From contig CAZLFV010000003.1 of NCBI GenBank assembly GCA_964558915.1, forward strand, positions 743 through 64,742: a DNA stretch of 64,000 nucleotides. Reading direction: 5' to 3'. Below the pieces are notes generated by a model. The model did not search any database and was not told the DNA's origin. It worked only from the letters and a program-made list of their open reading frames with translations. Source of the DNA: an uncultured Eubacteriales bacterium (GTDB lineage Bacteria > Acidobacteriota > Aminicenantia > Aminicenantales > UBA8522). A program made the translations under genes and the position numbers. Shown piece after piece: positions 19,479 through 28,584 of this stretch; the stretch's first letter is position 1, and the number at the start of each line of letters is the position of its first letter.

Positions 19479-20354
19479 ATGAAACTTAGAGCGATCCTCA
19501 GGTCGATGCGGCCGGCCCAATGGACAAAGAACTTCTTCGTGTTCGCCGCTTTAATTTTTGCTCAAAAGTTTTTCTCCGTTCCTTTGCTCCTGAAATCTTT
19601 GGCCGCTTTTCTTGTGTTTTGTCTGATTTCCGGGGGCCTTTATATCTTCAATGACCTCCGGGACCGCGAGGAAGACCAGGCTCACCCCAAGAAATCTCAA
19701 AGGCCGATTGCCAGAGGGGATCTGAGTTCGACTGCGGCGCTGGCCACATTCCTGGTTTTAAGCGCGGGGAGTTTCGCTTTGGCGTTTTTCCTGAATCGTA
19801 ATTTTTTTATTGCCGTCCTGGTCTACTTCGTTCTCCAAGTTGCCTATTCCCTGAAATTGAAACAGGTTGTTATCCTAGATATCTTTATCATTGCCGCTGG
19901 GTTCGTCATTCGCGTAGTTGCGGGAGGCCTGGTCATTGCTGTCCCGATTTCTTCCTGGCTGCTTATCTGCACAACTCTCCTGGCCCTTTTCCTGGCCATG
20001 AGCAAAAGGCGGCATGAGCTTGTCCTTCTTGAAGACAAGGCGACCGATCATAGACCCATTCTCAAGGAGTACAGCGCCTATCTTCTTGACCAGATGATTG
20101 CCGTCGTGACTGCGTCAACTCTCATTGCCTATTGCCTATACACAATATCGGCAGAGACTGTCGAAAAGTTTGGGACCGAGCATCTAGTCTGGACGTCTGC
20201 TTTTGTCCTTTACGGCATTTTTCGGTATCTCTACCTGGTCCATCAACAGGGCAAAGGCGGAAGCCCTGAAGAGCTGGTCCTGCGAGACAAGCCACTCCTA
20301 TTGAACATCGTGCTCTGGATCGGCACGGTCATCCTCATCATTTATTTGAGGTAG
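19479..20354 (+). CDS. UbiA-family prenyl-phosphate phosphoribosyltransferase (decaprenyl-phosphate PRTase-like)
   Basis: The string NDLRDREEDQAHPKKSQRPIARG matches the NDxxDxxxD..HPxK..RPxA signature of that UbiA branch. The protein is polytopic. Confidence 0.8.
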   Translation: MKLRAILRSMRPAQWTKNFFVFAALIFAQKFFSVPLLLKSLAAFLVFCLISGGLYIFNDLRDREEDQAHPKKSQRPIARGDLSSTAALATFLVLSAGSFALAFFLNRNFFIAVLVYFVLQVAYSLKLKQVVILDIFIIAAGFVIRVVAGGLVIAVPISSWLLICTTLLALFLAMSKRRHELVLLEDKATDHRPILKEYSAYLLDQMIAVVTASTLIAYCLYTISAETVEKFGTEHLVWTSAFVLYGIFRYLYLVHQQGKGGSPEELVLRDKPLLLNIVLWIGTVILIIYLR

Positions 20355-20360
20355 AAGCCT

Positions 20361-21443
20361 TTGGCCTCGGCAAAAGTCGCCGTTTTGAAGACATCACCGG
20401 AAACTGTTCTATCCGACTACAGGACTCTGATGCATCTGGCAGAGTACCAGAAATACCTGCCCAAGGATAGGGACACGGCCCTTAAAATCAATATCACCTG
20501 GCATTATTATTATCCCGCCTGTTCCACTCCTCCCTGGCAGCTCGAAGGAGTCATCAAGACTCTGCTCGAGGATGGCTACAAGAGGGAGCTCCTTCACGCC
20601 TGCCATAACCGAACGGTCGTTGTCTCCGCTAAAAAAGGAGAAAGAAACAACAAGCACCTCCCGGTCGTCCAGAAATACGGTCTGCGGAACATCCACCTTT
20701 ATGAGGGCGAACAGTGGACGAGATACGAACCCAAGGCAAAGATGAGGGTGCTCGACCAGATCTTTCCGCGGGGCATCGAAATTCCCAAACGGCTTATCGG
20801 TGAGAATATCGTTCATCTTCCGACCATGAAAACTCACGTCTTTACCACGATGACCGGAGCAATGAAGAATGCCTTCGGCGGGCTGCTCCACGAGCGCAGA
20901 CACTGGACTCATTCGGTGATCCATGAGACGCTGGTCGATCTTTTAACCATCCAGAAGGAAATTCATCCGGGGATCTTCGCCGTGATGGACGGGACCATCG
21001 CCGGCGACGGGCCGGGTCCGCGGTGCATGGTGCCGTTCATTAAAAACTATATCCTGGCCAGCGCCGACCAGGTAGCTATCGACGCCGTCTCAGCCAAGAT
21101 GATGGGTTTTGACCCCCTTGCTCTTCCGTTCATCCGGATCGCCCATGAATCCGGCCTGGGTTGCGGCAACCCGAACGAGATTGAGGTCGTAGGCGAAGAT
21201 ATCCGGGAGGTCAATTTCCATTTCCGGGCCTCCCAGAATACTTTCGCCAGTTACGGCCAGAAGCTCATCTACTGGGGACCGCTCAAACCCCTGGAAAAAT
21301 TCTTGCTCAGGACGGTCCTGGCTCCGTGGTCCTACGCGGCCTCGGTCATTTTTCATGATTGGATCTGGCATCCCGCGATCGGAAAGCATCGGACCAGCAG
21401 GATTCTCCAAACGTCCTGGGGCAAGCTCTTCCAGAGTTACTGA
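20361..21443 (+). CDS. DUF362 domain protein
   Basis: TTG start, 360 aa. ...ALKINITWHYYYPACSTPPW... and ...DGTIAGDGPGP... are typical of DUF362. Confidence 0.7.
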   Translation: MASAKVAVLKTSPETVLSDYRTLMHLAEYQKYLPKDRDTALKINITWHYYYPACSTPPWQLEGVIKTLLEDGYKRELLHACHNRTVVVSAKKGERNNKHLPVVQKYGLRNIHLYEGEQWTRYEPKAKMRVLDQIFPRGIEIPKRLIGENIVHLPTMKTHVFTTMTGAMKNAFGGLLHERRHWTHSVIHETLVDLLTIQKEIHPGIFAVMDGTIAGDGPGPRCMVPFIKNYILASADQVAIDAVSAKMMGFDPLALPFIRIAHESGLGCGNPNEIEVVGEDIREVNFHFRASQNTFASYGQKLIYWGPLKPLEKFLLRTVLAPWSYAASVIFHDWIWHPAIGKHRTSRILQTSWGKLFQSY

Positions 21444-21453
21444 GCTTGACCGG

Positions 21454-22188
21454 TCAGTTCTTCAGGAAGCGCAGGCTTTTTGGCTCTTTCTCGAGATGGA
21501 AAACGATCAGGCTCTGCAGGGTTTTCTTGATGAGATCAAGCTGGTTGGCTTGGAAAGGCAAAGTGCCTTTTTTTGGGGGGGCATTTTTTTTGGCCCAGGC
21601 CAGGAACGGGACAATCTCCGGTGAGGTGGTCACCTTTTTTTGGGGAGAGCAGCCGTCGCAGTGGATCCCGTCCATTTTTGGGGAGAGCCAGCCGCCTTCG
21701 GGAAGTTTCTTGCGGCACTTCTTACACCTGCGGAAATCAGGGAGAAGACCGTTGATCTGGAGAATCCAGGCTTCAAAGTAACGGCTCAAGAAGTCAATAT
21801 CTCCCCCTGCCTTGATGGCCCTCAGGACGGAAAGAAAAAGCCTGAAGAGGACTTCTTCCTTGGCCCGGGCCGGGAAGAATTCCTCGACGAGTTCGGCAAA
21901 ATAAGACAGCGTGCAGGATGTCCTGAAGTCCTTGGGAACGTCGAAGAAAGACTCGAGGAGGTCGCACTGACTGACTGTGACCAGGTCTTTCCTTTCTTTC
22001 TCGTAATAAAAAACTCTAACCAGAGACATTTGTTCGAGGCTGCTTCCAAAACGGTTCCCAAATTTCCTTGCGCCTTTGGCCATGCCTCGGAGGAGGCCCT
22101 TGTCACGCGAAAAAAAGGCAACGATCTTATCCTGTTCCCCGACATTGAAGCTGCGCAGGACTATGGCCTCGGATTGATCGATGGGCAT
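21454..22188 (-). CDS. recO: DNA repair protein RecO
   Basis: 244 aa with an OB-fold N-terminus (AIVLRSFNVGEQDKIV..) and a C-terminal CxxC..CxxC zinc motif (CKKCRKK...CDGC). Confidence 0.9.
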   Translation of the reverse strand: MPIDQSEAIVLRSFNVGEQDKIVAFFSRDKGLLRGMAKGARKFGNRFGSSLEQMSLVRVFYYEKERKDLVTVSQCDLLESFFDVPKDFRTSCTLSYFAELVEEFFPARAKEEVLFRLFLSVLRAIKAGGDIDFLSRYFEAWILQINGLLPDFRRCKKCRKKLPEGGWLSPKMDGIHCDGCSPQKKVTTSPEIVPFLAWAKKNAPPKKGTLPFQANQLDLIKKTLQSLIVFHLEKEPKSLRFLKN

Positions 22189-22202
22189 GGGTTGTTTAAA
22201 GA

Positions 22203-23564
22203 CTATGCCGCCAGTGTGATGTTCAGCGCTCTTATTCTCTCCCTCAAAATGGCCTCGTCGATTCTCAGGTCGGAAGCGGCCCTGGGGATTTCCCAGTTGT
22301 TCCGTATCAGAGCCCGGCGGATGTAGTGCCTCTCAAACTGCTCTGTGGCTTTTTCCAAGGAGTGACCCTCGAAGAAGTCGGAGATGTACTCGAGTTCCCT
22401 GGTCTCAACGAGAAGAGAGAGATGAGAGCTTTTGATTTCGTCCTCCTGGATCATGATGACGAACCGCTCGATGACGTTCATCAACTCGCTGACGTTTCCG
22501 GGCCAGACATATTTCAAAAAAGCGCCCAGGGCCTCCCGGCTCATGGTTTTAGGCTTTTTCCCATATTCCTCGGAGAAATGCTGGAGGAAGTGGTTGATCA
22601 AAAGCGGGATGTCCTCAGGCCGTTCTCGAAGAGGAGGAAGGGCCAGCGTAATAATGTTGAGTTTGAAGTAGAGGTCTTCGCGGAATCTTCCCTGAGACAC
22701 CGCCTCCCTCAGATTCTTGCTCGTTGCGGCCATGACGCGGGTGTTGAAGGGAATCAGGTCACCGGCTCCTATGGGCTCGAATCGCTGTTCTTCTAGGGCC
22801 CGGACGAGCTTCGCCTGAATCTTGAGGCTTAAATCGCCAGCCTCATCCAGGAAAAGCGTCCCTCCGTCTGCCAGGAGGAGTTTGCCTTTTTTGTCCTTGT
22901 GGGCCTGAGGAAGGGCCCCTTTGACGTAGCCAAAAAGCTCGCTTTCCATCAGGTCATCGGGAATGGCCGAGCAGTTGATCTCGAGGAATTTCTTTTCCTT
23001 GCGGGCACTTGCCTGATGGATCAGACGGGCAACGAGTTCTTTTCCCGTGCCGTTCTCCCCGAAGATCAGGACCCGGCCGTTTGAAGCGGCAGCCTGGTCG
23101 ATCGCCTTCCTCAGCTCCCGGATGGACCGGCTTTCGCCAACGAGGTAATATTTGGACCTCAGCTGTTCGCGAAGCCGGATGTTTTCTTCCTCCAGCTTTT
23201 TCTGCCGCAGCGCATTCCGGACCGTTAGGACGACTTTTTCCAGCGACAAGGGCTTTTCTAAAAAGTCGTGGGCCCCCAGCTTGGTGGCTGTGACAGCAGT
23301 TTCGATCGTGCCGTGGCCGGAGATCATCACCACCTGAGGGTTGTCCTCCATCGTCTTTATTTTTTTGAGGACGTCGATTCCGCTCATCCCAGGGAGCCAG
23401 ATATCCAGCAAGACAAGGTCGACATTCTGATTCTTCAACAATTCCAGGCCTTCTTCTCCGGTCTCTGCAGTTTTGACCAGAAAGCCTTCATCTTCCAGGA
23501 TTCCTTTAAGCGAGGTGCCGATGCTGAGTTCGTCGTCGATGATCAAGATGTTTTCTTTGGTCAT
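22203..23564 (-). CDS. ntrX: NtrC/NtrX-family response regulator (REC - AAA+ - Fis HTH) with degenerate GAFTGA loop
   Basis: REC domain (DLVLLDIWLPGMSG), Walker A GENGTGKE, Walker B LFLDE and a C-terminal HTH. It has an ATGA overlap with the upstream kinase gene. Confidence 0.88.
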   Translation of the reverse strand: MTKENILIIDDELSIGTSLKGILEDEGFLVKTAETGEEGLELLKNQNVDLVLLDIWLPGMSGIDVLKKIKTMEDNPQVVMISGHGTIETAVTATKLGAHDFLEKPLSLEKVVLTVRNALRQKKLEEENIRLREQLRSKYYLVGESRSIRELRKAIDQAAASNGRVLIFGENGTGKELVARLIHQASARKEKKFLEINCSAIPDDLMESELFGYVKGALPQAHKDKKGKLLLADGGTLFLDEAGDLSLKIQAKLVRALEEQRFEPIGAGDLIPFNTRVMAATSKNLREAVSQGRFREDLYFKLNIITLALPPLRERPEDIPLLINHFLQHFSEEYGKKPKTMSREALGAFLKYVWPGNVSELMNVIERFVIMIQEDEIKSSHLSLLVETRELEYISDFFEGHSLEKATEQFERHYIRRALIRNNWEIPRAASDLRIDEAILRERIRALNITLAA

Positions 23565-25726
23565 GCGGGAAGCTGGATGATGAATTTTGCGCCGGTTGGA
23601 GAGTTGTTTTCTACGCGGATTGTTCCACTGTGTTCTCGGATAATCTGGCTGGCGATGGAGAGTCCCAAGCCCGTGCCCTTCTTTTTAGTTGAGAAGTAGG
23701 GCAGGAAAAGCTTGGTTTTGTCCTCGACCGAGATTCCCGGCCCGGTGTCCGAGATCTCGATATTCACTTGCTGTTGCTTCTTTTCGAAAACAGCCCGGAC
23801 CTGGATTTTCCCTTTCTTGTTCATTGCTTCGATGGCATTGTCGAAGATGTTGATCAGGACTCTTTTGATCTGGTCGGGATCAAGCTGAAGAGGAGAGGGG
23901 AGGTCCGAGGCGAGGTCAGTTTCAAAATCGACCTGGCCAAAAATGCCCCGGAAAAGGGAGACTGTCTGATCCACGAGCGTGCGGAGGTCGGTGGGCTTGA
24001 ACTCCACCTTGGGCATCCGGGCGAAGTTGGAAAATTCGTCGACTAAGGATTTAATAGCCCGGGTCTCTTGGATGATTGTCTTGGCTCCCTCCTCGATGAT
24101 GTCCGGGGAAGTTCTTTCGCTCTTTCTCAGGGTCTTGATAATCCTTTCCGCCGAGAGCTGAATCGGGGTCAGCGGGTTCTTAATCTCGTGAGCCACCCTC
24201 TGGGCGACCTCCTTCCAGGTGGCGATTTTTTGGGCCTTGATGAGCTGGGTGAGGTCATCGAACACGACGATCATGCCGGAAAAACCGCCGTCGGCCTCTT
24301 CCAGGGGAGAAAGAGCCAGCGCCACAGTTGTGGTCTGGCCGTTTGATGAAATATGGATTTCTTTCTCCGCCAGTCGATACTTGTTCTTCATGCCCCAGGC
24401 GATATTCTTGGTGACCTCGGCATACTTGTCCTCTCCGAAGACCTCGGTGAAGCTTTTCCCGACGGGATTCCCCTCCCCAAGAGCCAGCATTTCTCGGGCA
24501 GAGGGATTGATCGTGGTGATATTTCCCTGGGCATCCAGGGTAATCACGCCGGTGGTCACATTATTGAGGACGGTCTCGATATACTGCTTTCTATTCTCGA
24601 GCTCGGATGTTTTCTGGGCGATTTTCCTCTCGCTTTCCTTAAGGTCATAGATCATCTGGTTAAACGAGTCGATGAGCGTCCCCAGCTCGTCGGAAGCCGG
24701 GTCTTCGACGCGTACATCCAAATTTCCCTTGGAAACTTCCTTGGTGGCCTGAGCGAGCTTTTCGATCGGAACCGTAATTCCTTTGGCCAGATGGATGCCG
24801 ATCCAGCTGGCGGCGAAAACAATGAGCAGAGTGATAAATATCAAGCTGATGATATAGAAGGTTTTGACCGTTATTTTTCGCGGAATGAGAAGCCGGTATC
24901 TTTGGACGTAGGAGTCGATAGTGTTGATTTTCTGGGCATAGCTTTGAGGAAAGAATTTTCCGGTGGTCACCAGGACATTCCCTTCGTTGGGGAGAGAAAA
25001 GGAGACTCCGCGCCGGATCATCTCACCGTTCCCCATTGGCTCGAAGCTGCGAAAAGTCTCGCCGGCCTGAGCCTTTGCCACGGCACTCGCTTGAATGGGT
25101 TTGTAGTCCTGGAGGGGGAGGTTGGGATTGAGGTAGGTAAACAATTCCTCGTCTCCCAGATAAATGCCGATTTCGTCCAGGCTGTATTCGGTCAGCTTTC
25201 TGCGGATAAAATCTCTGAGCAGCAGTCTGTTCTCCAGTCGAACCAGCTGCTGACTGCTGATATTTTCGCTGAGCACGATGGCGTAATGAGAAGCGGCTTC
25301 TTCGGCGTTGGCATAGGCGCTTTCGGCCAGGCTCTTGGTATCCTCTAGAATCTTGTCAAACGGAGTTTTGAACCAGAGTTCGATGTTGCGGCTGATTAGG
25401 TCGCTGGCAAAAAAGAAGAGAAGAAGGGTGGGAATAAAAGAGAGGGCGATAAAAAACAGCACCAATTTCGTCTTGAAATGAGAGCCGACGATTTTTTGCT
25501 TTCTCTCAAGGTAGAGCTTGATCAGGTTCCGTCCCAGGACGAAGAGGAGGACAAGGAAGAGCACGAGGACAATAACCTGCATAGAAGAGAGAAGAACGTC
25601 CATGACCGAGGTGGGAGAGATCTCCTGCGACTCGCGGATATAGATTTCAATGGCAAAAAAAACGATGACAAGCAGGATGATAAACGCCGCGATGAACCGC
25701 GGTCCTTTTTTCTTTTCTTTCTCCAT
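23561..25726 (-). CDS. ntrY: NtrY-like sensor histidine kinase (TM - HAMP - PAS - HisKA - HATPase)
   Basis: N-terminal TM block, H-box HEIKNPLTPI, and an ATPase domain with DTGPGI and GTGLGL. Confidence 0.85.
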   Translation of the reverse strand: MEKEKKKGPRFIAAFIILLVIVFFAIEIYIRESQEISPTSVMDVLLSSMQVIVLVLFLVLLFVLGRNLIKLYLERKQKIVGSHFKTKLVLFFIALSFIPTLLLFFFASDLISRNIELWFKTPFDKILEDTKSLAESAYANAEEAASHYAIVLSENISSQQLVRLENRLLLRDFIRRKLTEYSLDEIGIYLGDEELFTYLNPNLPLQDYKPIQASAVAKAQAGETFRSFEPMGNGEMIRRGVSFSLPNEGNVLVTTGKFFPQSYAQKINTIDSYVQRYRLLIPRKITVKTFYIISLIFITLLIVFAASWIGIHLAKGITVPIEKLAQATKEVSKGNLDVRVEDPASDELGTLIDSFNQMIYDLKESERKIAQKTSELENRKQYIETVLNNVTTGVITLDAQGNITTINPSAREMLALGEGNPVGKSFTEVFGEDKYAEVTKNIAWGMKNKYRLAEKEIHISSNGQTTTVALALSPLEEADGGFSGMIVVFDDLTQLIKAQKIATWKEVAQRVAHEIKNPLTPIQLSAERIIKTLRKSERTSPDIIEEGAKTIIQETRAIKSLVDEFSNFARMPKVEFKPTDLRTLVDQTVSLFRGIFGQVDFETDLASDLPSPLQLDPDQIKRVLINIFDNAIEAMNKKGKIQVRAVFEKKQQQVNIEISDTGPGISVEDKTKLFLPYFSTKKKGTGLGLSIASQIIREHSGTIRVENNSPTGAKFIIQLPA

Positions 25727-25731
25727 TGCGT

Positions 25732-26508
25732 TTAGTCCGCGTTGCCCTTTTCCGGAAGGAAATATTCACGGAAGTTATCAAGCGTTATTTTAATGTCCTT
25801 GCGCACGGCACCTTTTGGTCCGAACCGCTTGGCCTTTTTCCCGTTAAGAGTCCAGTCAATTCCCCCAGCATTTCCCAGGTTGAGAGCCAATTGATTCTGA
25901 GCCCGCACCTGGAGCACCTCTCCTCGCCTCTTAATGCCATCCCAGACCATGGTCCCATCGGCATAAATCTGGAGCCAGGTGTCTTCAAGAAAAGACATCT
26001 CCAGGTGGAGACCTTTGACTTCTTCGGCCGGAGGTTGCTCTGAAGGAGTTGGGGCGGGCTGGGGCGGCACAGAAGACGTCAGGGCTGGCGCGGTTGGCTT
26101 TGGTGAGGAAGAGGCCCGCTTGTCTGGAGAGGAGACGAAGAGGAAGTAGCAAAGTGCTGAGATTACGATAATAATCAAGAAAACGAGAATAGCTTTGAGT
26201 CTTTTCTTGGTCAAAACCAGGGGTGGGTTCAGCCTTTTTTTGGGCTGTTTGTCTGTCTGATATTCATTGAAAAGAAGCATTTCCTGGTATTTGTTCAGCC
26301 ATTGATTTTCGTCTAACCCGACGCTCTTGGCATAGGAACGAAGAATGGCCCGGATAAAAAACGGTCCGGGGATGACCTCCAGATGATCTTCTTCGAGGGC
26401 CTGGAGAAACTTCAGACTGATCCGGGTGGTATCCGCGATCTCTTTGAGGGATATCCCTCTGAGCTCTCTTTCTCTTTTGATTTCCTGTCCAAGAGATGCC
26501 ATTGACAA
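25732..26508 (-). CDS. RodZ-like HTH membrane protein (XRE HTH - TM - Pro-rich linker - DUF4115-like)
   Basis: It has ...LRGISLKEIADTTRISLKFLQALE..., a single TM and a PSP-rich linker. The TTG at 26508 or the ATG two codons later may be the start. Confidence 0.75.
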   Translation of the reverse strand: MSMASLGQEIKRERELRGISLKEIADTTRISLKFLQALEEDHLEVIPGPFFIRAILRSYAKSVGLDENQWLNKYQEMLLFNEYQTDKQPKKRLNPPLVLTKKRLKAILVFLIIIVISALCYFLFVSSPDKRASSSPKPTAPALTSSVPPQPAPTPSEQPPAEEVKGLHLEMSFLEDTWLQIYADGTMVWDGIKRRGEVLQVRAQNQLALNLGNAGGIDWTLNGKKAKRFGPKGAVRKDIKITLDNFREYFLPEKGNAD

Positions 26509-26599
26509 AATTTTAGGCCAATCTCCTCATCCTGTCAATAAACGCAGGGCTTTATGTCGAAAAGTGGGCAAGCGAAAGATAACGGAGAGGGTAATCAAC

Positions 26600-26935
26600 C
26601 GCCATCAGCCTTGCTCGCGTCCGGGTTCTTAACGACATTCCCTCAGCGCTCTTCTCGGCGCTGCGGAACTCCGCACGCGAGATCTGCCTCACCCACTTCT
26701 CTTTTTGCCTTCCTTCCTCTGTCCGGAGGTTTTCTCGTGCTCAGACAGTCCTCCCGCCCGCCAGAGCAGGTTCCCTCGAAGAGCATCTCGGGAAGGCTAA
26801 ACCTTCAATGGTCGCTGCAGCCGATGACGGCTGATCCCTTTTTCTCCGCTCATAGAGCCTTAGCGTAGCCCTCCATATTGCCCTAATCCTTGGAACATAG
26901 ATGATTCCGGCAATCCAGAGGCCGCCGCTCAATAA
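26600..26935. repeat. Degenerate dispersed repeat, copy A
   Basis: It shares blocks with copy B: ACCTTCAATGGTCGCTGCAGCC vs CCTTCCAACAGTCGCTTCGCTCC; TAATCCTTGGAACATAGATGATTCCGGCAATCC vs CCCCCTTGGAACCCCATGATTTGCATGCGCAAATC; and CTTGCTCG, CTCACC(C)AC and TTGCCT(T/C) blocks. Confidence 0.55.
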
Positions 26936-27018
26936 AAACCCCTTGTATGTGCTTGTCTTTCTATCTTGGCCGATAGTATATAATTAGGATCGGAAACGTC
27001 GTAGAGAGAGCTGCAGGG

Positions 27019-27657
27019 ATGAACCTGGCCAGGGCCAAAAAAATCCAGGAAGAGCTGGGCAGCAAGCTGATCCTGGAATGGAGCGGAGGGGGTGTCCGTA
27101 TTGTGGCGGGAGCCGACTTTGCCTATGACCTAGCGGAGCAAAAGATCGGCGCTGTTATTGTTGTGATGAAGCTCCCTGATTTTGAAATTGTCGAAATAGC
27201 CCAGGCTATTCGCAGGGTCACAGTTCCATACATCCCGGGTTTTCTGGGATTCCGTGAGGGCCCTGTGTTTCTTGTGGCTTTCCGCAAGCTCAAACATCTG
27301 CCTGATGTGACCATTCTGGACGGCAACGGAATCGCCCACCCGCGCCGGATGGGATTGGCTTCTCATGTGGGAGTTGTCTTGGATGTGCCCACGATCGGCT
27401 GCGCCAAGACCCCATTCTTTCCCTTTGTCCCTCCAAAACAGAGAAAAGGCGCCTTTACTTATTTCCTGGATAAAAATAATGAAAAGGTCGGATTTTGTCT
27501 GAGGACTCGGCCCGGGACTCAACCTGTTTTCGTCTCTCCCGGCCACCGCGTGGATTTTCCGCTGGCCCGCGAGATCGTCCTGAATTGTGCCAGGTTCAGG
27601 ATTCCCGAGCCTCTCCGCGAAGCGCACAAGCTGAGCCGGAAGCTCTTTCGCCCCTGA
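27019..27657 (+). CDS. nfi: Endonuclease V
   Basis: 212 aa with GADFAYD, GFLGFREGP and DGNGIAHPRRMGLASH. Confidence 0.9.
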   Translation: MNLARAKKIQEELGSKLILEWSGGGVRIVAGADFAYDLAEQKIGAVIVVMKLPDFEIVEIAQAIRRVTVPYIPGFLGFREGPVFLVAFRKLKHLPDVTILDGNGIAHPRRMGLASHVGVVLDVPTIGCAKTPFFPFVPPKQRKGAFTYFLDKNNEKVGFCLRTRPGTQPVFVSPGHRVDFPLAREIVLNCARFRIPEPLREAHKLSRKLFRP

Positions 27658-27687
27658 AGACGATTTCCTTGGGGGAGCGCCTTACTC

Positions 27688-28584
27688 TCAGATCTTCAAG
27701 AAGCGCGAGAGAGAGGAGAAGCTGCCCAAGAGTCCCATCACAGCGCTGCCCAGGATAAGACCCAAGGATTGCGAAAGTGAGAGGTAACGGAAGTTGATCA
27801 TCTGCTGGAGGGCGCCCAGGGAATGTCCTAGGTAAATAGGGAAAAGTTTAATCAAAAGAAAGAGCAGAGCCAGGGAGAGGGCGCTTCCCAGAATACCCAA
27901 GGTCAGCCCCTCGAAGAGAAACGGCAGCCTGATGAAGGTATTGGTCGCCCCGACGAGGCGCAGGATTTCGATCTCGTTTTTGCGGGCGAAGACATTGAGT
28001 CTGATGACGTTGGAGATGATAAAAAACGAGGCCAGGACAAGGATTCCGCCGAGGAAAAACCCCACCGCCTTGGCCAAGCGGCTGAGGGATTGCATTTTTT
28101 CGACCCAATCCCGGTTGAATTGGACGTCACCCACCCCAGCCAGCCTCTGAATCTGCCGGATGAATGCGAGGACTTCTTCAGACATGAAGGCCTCTTTGCG
28201 GAGAGTGGCCTCAAAGGAAGCCGGAAACGGATTTGAGCTCAGGTTCTTAAGAATTTCTTCAAGGTCGGGGAAGTTCGTCCTAAATTTCTCCAGAGCCTGT
28301 TCCCGGCTGACATATCTGAGATTAACGACCGCGGGAGACGACCTGATTTTTTCTTCAACCTGACCGAGCTGGCTGGCCGAGATATCGGGATCAAGGAAAA
28401 AGGCCACAACCATGTTCTCAGACAGCTGGTTGGCCATGTATTGAAGATTGTTGGAGAGAGAGAAGAATACCCCGACTATAAGGAACGATAGACAGATGAT
28501 GGCGCAGGAAAAGATATTCCGGGCCCTGTACTGCCACAGATTGTTCAGGGCATCGCCGCAAAAATATCTTATCTTTTGGAGGAT
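27688..28584 (-). CDS. ftsX: Cell-division/ABC permease-like protein FtsX (start probably non-canonical)
   Basis: FtsX topology and sequence. The conserved N-terminus and TM1 lie upstream of the first ATG (28437) in an open frame. An ATC at 28584 has AAGGAGG 7 nt upstream. Confidence 0.8.
   Translation of the reverse strand: MLQKIRYFCGDALNNLWQYRARNIFSCAIICLSFLIVGVFFSLSNNLQYMANQLSENMVVAFFLDPDISASQLGQVEEKIRSSPAVVNLRYVSREQALEKFRTNFPDLEEILKNLSSNPFPASFEATLRKEAFMSEEVLAFIRQIQRLAGVGDVQFNRDWVEKMQSLSRLAKAVGFFLGGILVLASFFIISNVIRLNVFARKNEIEILRLVGATNTFIRLPFLFEGLTLGILGSALSLALLFLLIKLFPIYLGHSLGALQQMINFRYLSLSQSLGLILGSAVMGLLGSFSSLSRFLKI

Noticed and set aside
26554-26868. A 104-aa plus-strand ORF inside repeat copy A.
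   Set aside because: The product is low-complexity (Ser/Pro/Arg/Leu-rich) and has no RBS. It coincides with repeat sequence whose other copy is not open in the equivalent frame.
26884-26916. A reading of the conserved TTGGAAC core as a sigma-54 (-24/-12) promoter, given the nearby NtrX-type regulator.
   Set aside because: The GG-to-GC spacing does not fit TGGCAC-N5-TTGC. Copy B has about 13 nt between GG and GC, and copies A and C lack the TTGC element. The regulator itself also lacks GAFTGA.
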